A program made the translations under genes and the position numbers. From Calditrichales bacterium (lineage in GTDB: Bacteria; Calditrichota; Calditrichia; Calditrichales; J004), in assembly GCA_965267575.1 (NCBI GenBank), contig OZ254086.1, positions 4,096,001 through 4,160,000 of the forward strand: DNA of 64,000 bases, given 5' to 3'. Under the pieces are notes generated by a model. That model was not told the DNA's origin and did not search any database. It saw nothing but the letters and a program-made list of their open reading frames with translations. This document shows positions 27,701-36,728 of the stretch, one piece after another; the stretch's first letter is position 1, and every line of letters starts with the position of its first letter.

Positions 27701-30700
27701 GTCGCCAAATGGCCGCTGCAAAACGTTTGACGCCGATGCCGATGGCTATGTGCGCGGTGACGGTGTCGGTGTTGTGGTGCTAAAGCGCTTAAGCGACGCC
27801 CTGCAGGACGGTGACAATATCCGTGCGGTCATTCGCGGATCGGCCATCAACCAGGATGGACGCAGCAACGGCATTACCGCGCCCAACGGATTGATGCAGC
27901 AGGCCTGTATCCGTGCCGCGCTGGAAGACGCCAACGTTAAACCCGCAGATGTGGGCTATTTTGAAACGCATGGAACCGGTACATCGCTGGGTGATCCGAT
28001 TGAGACGGAAGCGATGCGCGCCGTCATGACCGAGGGCCGCGAAGAGGGCGATCAACTGATCATTGGTTCGGTTAAAACAAATATCGGGCACCTGGAATCG
28101 GCAGCGGGCATATCGGGATTGTTAAAAGCGATCATGACCCTGGAAAACGGTCAAATTCCCAAACACCTGCATTTTAAGACGCTTAATCCGCATATTAAGC
28201 TGGATGAAAAATATATTAAGATTGCCACCGAGACGATGCCCTGGCCTACCTCCGGGAAAAAGCGTATTGCCGGTGTTAGCGCCTACGGCTTCGGCGGCAC
28301 AAACGCCCATATCGTGCTGGAAGAGGCGCCGGAGAGCAACCGTGTTACTGAAAGAACCAATACCGTTTCCGGCCACGCACATATCCTGGTAATGAGCGCG
28401 CACAGCCCGGAAGCATTGAAGGAAATGGCCGCCGGCTATCACAAAGAATTATCAAAAGAAAAATACGAAAGCGATAGGCTTTATACCGATTTTGTCTACT
28501 CGGCTGCCGTGCACCGTGGTCATTTCGATTTTTCCGCCACCGTTATTGCCACAGACCGCAAAGACATGCTGGAGAAGCTGGAAAACTTTGCAACAGAGCC
28601 GCCGGTTGCCGGTGTCGTTAAGGATACGGCCGAAGCCAATCCGGCCGCCAAGACCGTTTTTGTTTTTAGCGGTCAGGGGCCGCAATGGTACGCCATGGGG
28701 CGTCAGCTATACAAAACCCAGCCTGTTTACCGCCAAACCGTAGATCAGATCGATCGTATGCTGAAGGAGCATGCGCCGTGGTCGCTACTGGAAGAGCTGG
28801 AAAAACCGGAAGAAGCCAGCCGCGTCTCTGAAACAGAGATTGCCCAGCCGGCCATTTTTGCGCTTCAGGTGGCGCTGGCCCGTTTATGGGAATCGTGGGG
28901 CGTGCGTCCCGCCGCGGTGGTCGGACACAGTGTCGGTGAAATTGCCGCCGCCCATATTTCCGGCATGCTGACCCTGAAAGACGCCGTAAAAGTGATTTAT
29001 CATCGTGGAAGGTTGATGCAGCGTGCCACGGGCTTTGGCAAGATGGCTTCGCTGGATCTGCCGCTGGACAAAGCAAAAGAGGCCATTGCCGGGCACACCG
29101 ACAAACTGGGGATAGCCGCACACAACAGCCCCGAAAACACGGTCATATCCGGTGAAGAGGAAGCGCTTAAGGAAGTTGTAACCAAGCTGGAAAAAGACGG
29201 CGTTTACTGCAAGATCATGCGCGTCAACTATGCTTTCCACAGTCCGCACATGGAGCCGTTCAAGCAGGAGCTTATCGATGCCCTGGAAGGAATCAAACCT
29301 TACAAAGCGCGCATACCGATTTACTCCACACTGCATGGCGAGCAGGCCAAAGATAATGATTACGATCCGGTTTACTGGAGCAACAACATCCGCGAAAAGG
29401 TCAGTTTTGCAGAAGCCGCGCTTAAAATAATCGAAGAAGGATACACACAATTTGTTGAGATCGCGCCTCACTCGGTGCTGGCCGGTTCCGTTTCGCAGTG
29501 CCTGCGTTCCGCGCGCAAACAGGGGCTGATTGTAAACAGCCTGAAGCGCCAGGAAGACGAGCAGATGACAATGTTGCTGGCGGCGGGCGCCCTTTTCTGC
29601 CGCGGACATCAGATCTACTGGAAAAAAATCTTTCCTGCCGGCGCGCGTTTTACACCGCTGCCCCTCTATCCCTGGCAGCACGAGCGCTACTGGTTTGACC
29701 TGAAAGGCAACGATCCGCGTAATGCCCCCATTTTCCGGCGCTCCACCGTACATGACGAAAACGGCCATCCGCTTGTGGGTTCGGCCAAAGAAGCGCCGCT
29801 AACGCCGGGCAAGCGTTTTTATGAAACAGTCATTGACACAGACCGCCTGCCTTACCTGAAAGACCATAAAATTCAGGAATCGATTGTTTTTCCGGCAACC
29901 GGTTATATTGAAATGGCTCTCGCGGCCAGCGGCAACAACGGCGCCCCGCTGGAACTGAGCGATCTGAACTTTTTCAGAGCCATGTTTCTCAATAACGACA
30001 AAGAAACACCGGTGCAGGTGGTTTACAGCCCCACCACCAATCATTCGGCAACCGTGCAGGTATTCAGCCTGGCCGATTCCGCCGATGCCCGGTCGAGCCG
30101 TTCCTGGCAAATGAACAGCATGGGTTTTCTGCGCCTTCTTGATGGCGAAAACCTGGCCGAAACGGGCGACAAACTGGATGATATCCGCAAGCGCTGCAAT
30201 AGCGAAATGCCTGTTAATACTTTCTTTGATAAAATGCGTGAAAAAGGCCTGCAGTACGGCCCAAGCTTCCAGGGCGTTCGCGCCATCTGGCAGGGGCATA
30301 AAGAGGCCCTGGCCCAAATCCGTATTGCTGATGAACTTAAAGACCAGGTCAAAGAATACCGGCTGCACCCGGCCCTGCTCGACTCCTGTCTGCAGGTGTT
30401 ATCGGCCAGTTTCCGCGGGGACGAGATGGACAGCGATAACAGCACTTTTATGCCGGTAAGCATAGGACGTATGCGCCTGCTGGAAAACAGCGCTGATGAG
30501 GTCTGGTGTCATGCGAAATTGCATCCGAATGAAAACGGGCGTCAGGACAGCATAAGCGGCGATATTTTATTGTATACGCCGGACGGCAAAGTGCTAGCCG
30601 AACTCAGCGCGCTGAAGCTGCAGCGTCTCGGCCAGCAACAGCAGGAATCATTGGGTGAAATGCTTTACAAAGTAGAGTGGCAGGAAGAGCCGCTTGGCAC

Positions 30701-33700
30701 GGACGCGGAGAAGTCGCTCAGGGAGCCTGCCACATGGCTGCTGTTTGCCGACAAGCACAACATGGGCAAATCTATGGCAGAGCGGCTGACGCAATACAAT
30801 CAGAATGTTATTACGGTACGGCCCGGCGATCAGTTTGCGCGCATAGATGAAAACCTGTATAGCGTGCGTCCACAGGAACGCGAAGATTATGATGCGCTTC
30901 TTAGTGCCCTTGCGGAAGCAGAGCAACCGGCGCCCGGTTATGTGATCTCATTGTGGCCGCTCGAGGCCGGCAACAACCTGGAAATTGATCCGGAGAAACT
31001 GGCCGCGGAGCACGAAAAGATCATTCTCCCTTCCCTTTATTTACTGCAGGCTGTAAAACAGGCCTCTTTCAAAAAAGCAACGACCGTCTCGTTTGTTACG
31101 GAAAAAGCACTTGTCCTGGAAGGCGACGATTTTGCCCCCGGAGCGTTGCAATCCACCCACTGGGGTTTCGGACGTGTGGCCGCTTCTGAAAGCCAGGGTC
31201 AGCGGATTCTGAAAATTGATTTTTCTGGCAGTGAAGATGATGCGGAAGAAAAGCTTATTGCTGAATTAAGCAGCGCCGACCGCGAAGACCAGGTGGCCTA
31301 CCGTGGCGAAAAACGTTATTGCGCCCGCCTGCAACGGGCGGCCGACGCACTGAGCACGGAAGAAGAAGCCGGCGCCACCATGGAGCTGCCGGATGAGCCA
31401 CACCATCTGCAAATTACACAACCCGGCGTGCTGGCGGGATTGCGCTATCAAAAAGTAGAACGCCCGCAACCCGCAAAAGGCGAAATCGAGATCGAGGTGC
31501 ATGCTTCAGGCCTCAATTTCCGCGATGTACTGATGGCCCTTGGGCTTTACCCGGGCGGGCCCATTCCGCTGGGTTCCGAATGCTCCGGTACGGTAACACG
31601 CGTCGGTGAAGGCGTAAGCGCTTTGAAAGCCGGCGACGAGGTGATGGCCATTGCGCCGCATACCTTTGGAAAATACGCGCTGACCGTAGCCGATCTGGCT
31701 GTAAAAAAACCGGCCAATATCAGCTTTGATGAAGCTGCCACGATCCCAATCACCTACTTGACGGCATGGTATGCCCTTGTCTACCTGGGCCGTCTGCGCA
31801 AAGGCGAACGTGTTCTTGTTCACGCCGGCGCCGGTGGTGTAGGACAGGCGGCCATACGCATTGCCCAGATGACTGGTGCCGAGGTGCTGGCCACGGCAGG
31901 CAGTGCAGAAAAGCACGCTTTTCTGCATGATATGGGTGTAAAGCATGTATTCAGTTCGCGCTCCCTGGACTTTGCGGATGATGTGATGGCCGCGACCAAC
32001 GGTGAAGGCGTGGATGTGGTGCTCAATTCGCTCGCGGGTGAATTCATTCCGCGCAGCATAAGCCTGCTAAAGGCTTACGGACGCTTCCTGGAGATCGGCA
32101 AGACCGACCTGTTCCAGAACAGCCAGCTGGACATGTTCCCCTTCCGCAAGAACCTTTCTTACCATGCCATAGACCTGGATATGGTTTCTCGTGATAAGCC
32201 ATCGTTGATCAATGAACTGTTCAACGACATTATGGAAAACCTTTCCGCGGGCAAACTGCAGCCGCTGCCACTGACAGTATTTGACGCCCAAAATACGATC
32301 GACGCTTTCCGCTATATGGCGCAGCGCCGCAACATCGGCAAGGTTGTTGTAAGCATGAAAAAGAGCGATCAGGCAGAAGGCATTGATGCTTCGGCGATTC
32401 GCAACGATGCCACCTATCTGATTACCGGCGGCCTGGGTAACCTGGGTCTGGTACTGGCCGACTGGCTTTCACGCAAAGGCGCTGGAGCGATTGTATTGCT
32501 TTCACGCCGTGAAATTGACGAGGCCACGAACAAGCAACTGGCCGCTATCCGCGAGCGAGGCACACAGGTGCACATTGCCAGCGGTGATGTAAGTGACATA
32601 AAGCAGCTCAAAGCCGTATTCAAAGACATTGAAGAAAAGTTGCCACCATTGCGAGGCGTTATCCATTCGGCCGGTTTGCTGAGTGATGCCGGCATTAGCC
32701 AGTTCAACAAAGATAGCTTTATGGCTCCTTTTGCCGCGAAGGTCAATGGCAGCTATAACCTGCACCTGTTTACGGAAAAAATAGATCTTGATTTCTTTAT
32801 TCTTTTCTCTTCCGTGGCTGCGATAACAGGAAATCCGGGCCAGGCCAATTACGCCGCCGCCAACTTCTTTATGGATACTCTGGCTGAAATGCGCATGAAG
32901 CAGAACTTGCCGGCCACGTCAATTAACTGGGGCTTCTGGGAAAACACTCAAATGGCCGAAGATAAATTCAGCTTTGTGCCGGGTGCCGGTAAAATAGCCC
33001 CGGACAAGGGTCTTGCCGTGTTGGAAAAGTCTATAACTGCCAGGATAAGCAGACTGATCGCTTCTCCGGTTAACTGGAGCAAGTTCCTGATGCCCTTCCC
33101 CGAAGATGCCATTCCGCCGATCTTTACGGCCTTTTCAGGGCTGCGTCAAAAAGCTTCGGCCAAGAAATCCGAAGATGCTATTACACAGGAAATGCTGCTT
33201 CCGCTGGCTGAAGAACAGCGCATGGAGATGATGACATCCTACCTGCGCGAGAAGATTGCCGCGGTTGTGGGCGTTGCAGCCACAAAGCTGGAAACCAATA
33301 AACCGCTCAACACAATGGGCCTGGATTCGCTGATGGCCATTGAGGTTAAAAACAGCGTTGAAACCAGCCTGGGCACGCATCTGCCCATAGCCACGCTGCT
33401 TAAGGGGCCTACCATCGAAGACCTTGCCAAAGATATGATCGGACAGGTTATCAGTGACGAGGGTGAAAAGGAGGAGCAGCCTGTCATCGAAACTTCGCCA
33501 AAAGACCTGAGCCACGGCCAGCAAGCAATGTGGTTCCAGCATCAGCTTAATCCTTCCAGTATATACAATCAGGTATATGCGGTAAGACTTAAGCAGCCTA
33601 TCGACAGCGAAGTGCTCGAGCAGTCACTGGAAAAAATGTCCCGGCGTCACGAGGCTTTACGCACCAACTTCTCAACGGAAAACGGAAAACCGGTCCAGAT

Positions 33701-36700
33701 CGTTCATGATGAGCCGCAGAAGATCCTCCACGAAATCGACGCGCGGCACATGAGTGAAGAAGATTTCCGCCACATCTTCAAGGCGGAGTCAAAACGGGCT
33801 TTCGATTTAGAGAAAGATCCGCTGACACATATTACGCTGTTCCATATGCCAGACGGCACACAGGTCTTTTTGTATGTTGCCCACCACATCATCTCCGACA
33901 TGTGGTCGCTGGCGATTTTTATGAAAGAGCTAAACGATATTTACAGCGCCGGCGGTGATCCGGAACTGCCGCCCATCCCCCATAAATACAGTGATTACGT
34001 GCGCGATATGAAACAAATGCTGGCCGGGAAAGAAGGCCGGGATCATTTGGACTTCTGGGAGGAAGAGCTGGAAGGTGAACTACCCGTGCTCAATCTGCCG
34101 ACCGATAAGCCACGACCGGCCGTACAGACCTATTCCGGCCTGACCGAGACGCTCCAAATCGATGCCGAGACCACAAAAAAACTGGGACATATTGCTGATA
34201 AAAACGGCACGACGCTGTATGCCCTGCTTCTGGCCATATTTAAAGTGCTGCTGTTCCGCTATACGGAACAAAAAGATATCATTATCGGAACGCCGACGAC
34301 CGGCCGTACCAATCCGGATTATGCACCGATTCTGGGCTATTTTGTCAATCCTGCGGCTGTGCGCAGCACGCTGAATCCGGAGATGACCTTTGACAGTTAC
34401 CTGGAAAAAATCAGGGACAAGGTGATCAACATTCTGGCGCACCAGGATTATCCTTTTAACCTGCTGGTGGAGAAGCTTCATCCGCGGCGGGACCCGAGCC
34501 GAACACCGGTTTTCCAGGTGATGTTTGTTTACCAGAAAGCTTATCTGCTGCACGATTCGGGTATGTCCGGTCTGGCGGTTGCAGAAGACGGCGGCCAGAT
34601 GAAGCTCGGAGATATTGACCTTGAATCCGTGTCGATTGAAGACCGCGTTGTGCCCTTTGACCTGACCATGCTCATGGCCGAGCTGGATGATGGTCTGGGT
34701 GCCTCGCTGCAATACAACACCGATCTGTTTACACAATCGACCGCGAAAAGCATTTTGGAGCATTACGCCATGCTGGCGCGGGCTATTGCCGATGATCCGC
34801 AAAAACCGGTTTACAGCTATCCGCTGCTGAAGGAAGAAGAATCGGCCAGGCTGCTTAAAGAATGGAATGATTCGCGGATCGAAAGCGATTTGTCTCAGCC
34901 CGTCCACCGTCTGTTTGAGCAGATTGCCAAAGAAATGCCGGATAAAGAGGCGCTGGTTTACAACGGACACAGCCTTAGCTACAAAGAGCTGAACGAAAAC
35001 GCCAACCGGCTTGCCCGCATTTTGCAGAGCCATTCCATCGGGCCGGACAATATTGTGGGCATCAGCCTGAAGCGTTCGCCGCAAATGATAACTGCTGTTT
35101 TGGCTGTGCTCAAATCCGGTGCGGCTTACCTGCCGCTGGATCCTGAGTATCCGTCCGAGCGCCTGCATTTCATGCTGCAGGATTCCGGCGCTTCGTTGTT
35201 GCTGACAAGCTCGGAACTGAAAAACCAGTTTCCCGATACAGGTTCTATGCCCGTGCTGAGCATGGACCGTATCGAAAGCATCATCGGGCAACAGGAAAAG
35301 GAGAATCTGCAAACGGCAGTACACGACGGCAACCTGGTTTATGTCATATATACATCGGGTTCGACGGGGCGTCCCAAAGGCGTAATGTTGTCGCACCGCG
35401 GTCTGAATAACCTTGTAAATGCCCAGGTCAAAGAGTTCCGCATAACTGAAGAGACGCGTCTGATGCAGTTTGCTTCGCTCAGTTTTGACGCGGCGGCATC
35501 GGAAATATTTACCACCTTGCTTAGCGGCGCCACGCTTGTTCTCGCGGATACGGAAACGCTTAAATCCGGACCGGACCTTGTTAAATTTATCAACGAAAAG
35601 CGCATCAGCACTGCTACAATTCCGCCTTCCGTGTTGCGCGTATTGTCGCCACAAGGGCTTGATACATTGCAGAACGTGATATCGGCAGGGGAAAGCCTGG
35701 CGGTTGATGTAGCGCAGAAATGGCTTGAGGGCGGACGCCATCTGATCAATGCCTACGGTCCGACCGAGGCGACCATTTGCGCCAGCTGTTACCAGGTTCA
35801 GCCCGATGCCGACCATAGCAGTACCATGCCCATAGGCGGCCCCATCGACAATGTGCGTCTCTATGTGCTGGACAGCCACATGAATCCGGTACCTGCGGGC
35901 ATTCCGGGTGAATTGTACATTGCCGGCGCGGGCCTGGCGCGTGGTTATCTGCAACGCCCGGCCATGACTGCGGAAAAATTCGTTCCCGATCCGTTCTCGG
36001 ATGAGGCAGGCGCGCGGCTCTACCGCAGCGGCGATCTTGTACGCTGGCTGCGCGACGGCAACCTGGAATTCATCGATCGTATCGATCAGCAGGTGAAAGT
36101 ACGCGGCTTCCGTATCGAGCTGGGCGAGATAGAGGCGGTGCTGAAAGAGATGGAGGGTGTGCGCGACTGTATCGTTGTGGCCCGCGGCCGCGGTGACAAG
36201 CGTCTTACGGCCTACATCATTTCGCAGGAAGGCACAGAGCTGAAACAGGATGACTTAAAATACGCGCTGCACCACAAACTTCCGGATTACATGGTACCGG
36301 CTGCTTTTATGCTGCTTGAAGAATTTCCGCTAACGCGCAACGGCAAGATTGATATGAACGCCCTGCCCGTTCCCGAGGCGGACAAAGCCAAATTCGTTCA
36401 GGCGCAAAACGACACCGAACGGAAACTGGCTGATATCTGGCAGGAGGTTTTGGGTCTTGAACAAGTGGGAATTTTTGATAACTTTTTTGACCTGGGTGGT
36501 CACTCGCTCAATATTGTTCAGGCCCAGGGAAAGATCAAAGAGACTTTTGACCGCGATGTAAACGTGGTGGACATGTTCCGCTATCCCACGATCAGCGCTT
36601 TTGCCAAATACCTGAGCAACGGCAGCGACGCCACCGAAAAAGTAAAGCAATCCGAAGACAGGGCCAGCAAGCAGCGTGAAGCCACGCGCATGGCCCAGAA

Positions 36701-36725
36701 AAGACTGCGCGACAGGAGACGCTAA
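24789..36725 (+). CDS. Hybrid synthetase 1: FAAL-ACP-KS-AT-DH-ER-KR-ACP-C-A(Tyr-like)-PCP
   Basis: FAAL LQYTSGSTG, WLPIYHDMGLIG; ACP GLDS; KS DTACSSS/HGTGT/NIGH; AT GHSVG, YAFH; DH DHKIQESIVFP; ER HAGAGGVG; KR TGGLGNLG, YAAAN; C HHIISD; A code read as DASTIAAICK; PCP GGHS. Confidence 0.93.
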   Translation: MATTKDYNSPGFRPTTLVDLLRWRATTQPEQRAFTFLVDGNKKEVRLTYADLDKKARAFAAMLQSKGLAGERALLLYPPGIDYIIAFFGCLYAGVIAVPAYPPDPNRLNRTLPRLQAIVKDAQSIAALTNDTIMYMIKILKLGSKFSDTMERMPVLRKFRTTMNYFSKQTTGIAQADLGTLLWISSDDVVDSLADAWKEPKIGPDSIAFLQYTSGSTGVPKGVMLTHENLLVNSAHIYSAFGYSKNTEGVIWLPIYHDMGLIGGVLQPIYGGMPTTLISPVHFLQRPLRWLEAISRIEGKEIVSGGPNFAYDLCVKKVTPQHLETLDLSNWKVAFSGAEPVRQETIDRFYNTFKDNGFKKSSFLSCYGLAEATLYVTGVSTDIDPPEIFLNRKELQKGKAVEVDQEHPEAKGMVSCGHPPEDQVVAIVNPETFERVKGNDSGEIWVMGPNVAKGYWNREDATKETFQAYIKETNEGPFLRTGDLGYIKDGELFITGRVKDLIIIRGRNYYPQDIEFLVENAHEAIRPGCTAAFSVEEDSEEKLVIVAELRQHKNLPFEEIVAMIRQIITETNDIRVHAIVLIKPRTISKTSSGKIQRHAVKNEYEDGTLKVVHDWKSTATISEASLIEQQVEDEEPEKVSEADYDQDYDESDEDDLPASKGETAMEVERWLIAHLAEALAVDKKEIDIRKPFVSYGLDSAQAIGLVGDLEEHIGRPLSPTIIWDYPNIEKLSLYIEGEGRIRPVKRRTKTAASDNEPIAIIGYSLRMPQARNAEEFWQNLVDGKDCISEVPPTRWNADDFYDPNPGTPAKMITRWGGFLDDVDQFDPQFFGISPREAPHMDPQQRMLLEVSFEALENAGLNMQGVSGSNTGVFIAISGNDYLRLQIGDFKKLDAYSGTGNAFSIAANRLSYIYDFKGPSFIVDTACSSSLVAVHNAVTSLRRGECEMALAGGVNLILAPDVTITFSQARMMSPNGRCKTFDADADGYVRGDGVGVVVLKRLSDALQDGDNIRAVIRGSAINQDGRSNGITAPNGLMQQACIRAALEDANVKPADVGYFETHGTGTSLGDPIETEAMRAVMTEGREEGDQLIIGSVKTNIGHLESAAGISGLLKAIMTLENGQIPKHLHFKTLNPHIKLDEKYIKIATETMPWPTSGKKRIAGVSAYGFGGTNAHIVLEEAPESNRVTERTNTVSGHAHILVMSAHSPEALKEMAAGYHKELSKEKYESDRLYTDFVYSAAVHRGHFDFSATVIATDRKDMLEKLENFATEPPVAGVVKDTAEANPAAKTVFVFSGQGPQWYAMGRQLYKTQPVYRQTVDQIDRMLKEHAPWSLLEELEKPEEASRVSETEIAQPAIFALQVALARLWESWGVRPAAVVGHSVGEIAAAHISGMLTLKDAVKVIYHRGRLMQRATGFGKMASLDLPLDKAKEAIAGHTDKLGIAAHNSPENTVISGEEEALKEVVTKLEKDGVYCKIMRVNYAFHSPHMEPFKQELIDALEGIKPYKARIPIYSTLHGEQAKDNDYDPVYWSNNIREKVSFAEAALKIIEEGYTQFVEIAPHSVLAGSVSQCLRSARKQGLIVNSLKRQEDEQMTMLLAAGALFCRGHQIYWKKIFPAGARFTPLPLYPWQHERYWFDLKGNDPRNAPIFRRSTVHDENGHPLVGSAKEAPLTPGKRFYETVIDTDRLPYLKDHKIQESIVFPATGYIEMALAASGNNGAPLELSDLNFFRAMFLNNDKETPVQVVYSPTTNHSATVQVFSLADSADARSSRSWQMNSMGFLRLLDGENLAETGDKLDDIRKRCNSEMPVNTFFDKMREKGLQYGPSFQGVRAIWQGHKEALAQIRIADELKDQVKEYRLHPALLDSCLQVLSASFRGDEMDSDNSTFMPVSIGRMRLLENSADEVWCHAKLHPNENGRQDSISGDILLYTPDGKVLAELSALKLQRLGQQQQESLGEMLYKVEWQEEPLGTDAEKSLREPATWLLFADKHNMGKSMAERLTQYNQNVITVRPGDQFARIDENLYSVRPQEREDYDALLSALAEAEQPAPGYVISLWPLEAGNNLEIDPEKLAAEHEKIILPSLYLLQAVKQASFKKATTVSFVTEKALVLEGDDFAPGALQSTHWGFGRVAASESQGQRILKIDFSGSEDDAEEKLIAELSSADREDQVAYRGEKRYCARLQRAADALSTEEEAGATMELPDEPHHLQITQPGVLAGLRYQKVERPQPAKGEIEIEVHASGLNFRDVLMALGLYPGGPIPLGSECSGTVTRVGEGVSALKAGDEVMAIAPHTFGKYALTVADLAVKKPANISFDEAATIPITYLTAWYALVYLGRLRKGERVLVHAGAGGVGQAAIRIAQMTGAEVLATAGSAEKHAFLHDMGVKHVFSSRSLDFADDVMAATNGEGVDVVLNSLAGEFIPRSISLLKAYGRFLEIGKTDLFQNSQLDMFPFRKNLSYHAIDLDMVSRDKPSLINELFNDIMENLSAGKLQPLPLTVFDAQNTIDAFRYMAQRRNIGKVVVSMKKSDQAEGIDASAIRNDATYLITGGLGNLGLVLADWLSRKGAGAIVLLSRREIDEATNKQLAAIRERGTQVHIASGDVSDIKQLKAVFKDIEEKLPPLRGVIHSAGLLSDAGISQFNKDSFMAPFAAKVNGSYNLHLFTEKIDLDFFILFSSVAAITGNPGQANYAAANFFMDTLAEMRMKQNLPATSINWGFWENTQMAEDKFSFVPGAGKIAPDKGLAVLEKSITARISRLIASPVNWSKFLMPFPEDAIPPIFTAFSGLRQKASAKKSEDAITQEMLLPLAEEQRMEMMTSYLREKIAAVVGVAATKLETNKPLNTMGLDSLMAIEVKNSVETSLGTHLPIATLLKGPTIEDLAKDMIGQVISDEGEKEEQPVIETSPKDLSHGQQAMWFQHQLNPSSIYNQVYAVRLKQPIDSEVLEQSLEKMSRRHEALRTNFSTENGKPVQIVHDEPQKILHEIDARHMSEEDFRHIFKAESKRAFDLEKDPLTHITLFHMPDGTQVFLYVAHHIISDMWSLAIFMKELNDIYSAGGDPELPPIPHKYSDYVRDMKQMLAGKEGRDHLDFWEEELEGELPVLNLPTDKPRPAVQTYSGLTETLQIDAETTKKLGHIADKNGTTLYALLLAIFKVLLFRYTEQKDIIIGTPTTGRTNPDYAPILGYFVNPAAVRSTLNPEMTFDSYLEKIRDKVINILAHQDYPFNLLVEKLHPRRDPSRTPVFQVMFVYQKAYLLHDSGMSGLAVAEDGGQMKLGDIDLESVSIEDRVVPFDLTMLMAELDDGLGASLQYNTDLFTQSTAKSILEHYAMLARAIADDPQKPVYSYPLLKEEESARLLKEWNDSRIESDLSQPVHRLFEQIAKEMPDKEALVYNGHSLSYKELNENANRLARILQSHSIGPDNIVGISLKRSPQMITAVLAVLKSGAAYLPLDPEYPSERLHFMLQDSGASLLLTSSELKNQFPDTGSMPVLSMDRIESIIGQQEKENLQTAVHDGNLVYVIYTSGSTGRPKGVMLSHRGLNNLVNAQVKEFRITEETRLMQFASLSFDAAASEIFTTLLSGATLVLADTETLKSGPDLVKFINEKRISTATIPPSVLRVLSPQGLDTLQNVISAGESLAVDVAQKWLEGGRHLINAYGPTEATICASCYQVQPDADHSSTMPIGGPIDNVRLYVLDSHMNPVPAGIPGELYIAGAGLARGYLQRPAMTAEKFVPDPFSDEAGARLYRSGDLVRWLRDGNLEFIDRIDQQVKVRGFRIELGEIEAVLKEMEGVRDCIVVARGRGDKRLTAYIISQEGTELKQDDLKYALHHKLPDYMVPAAFMLLEEFPLTRNGKIDMNALPVPEADKAKFVQAQNDTERKLADIWQEVLGLEQVGIFDNFFDLGGHSLNIVQAQGKIKETFDRDVNVVDMFRYPTISAFAKYLSNGSDATEKVKQSEDRASKQREATRMAQKRLRDRRR

Positions 36726-36728
36726 GGC

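Noticed and set aside
34080..35954. 624-aa minus-strand ORF and the many other antisense ORFs across the NRPS/PKS genes
   Set aside because: Shadow frames of well-supported synthetase genes.
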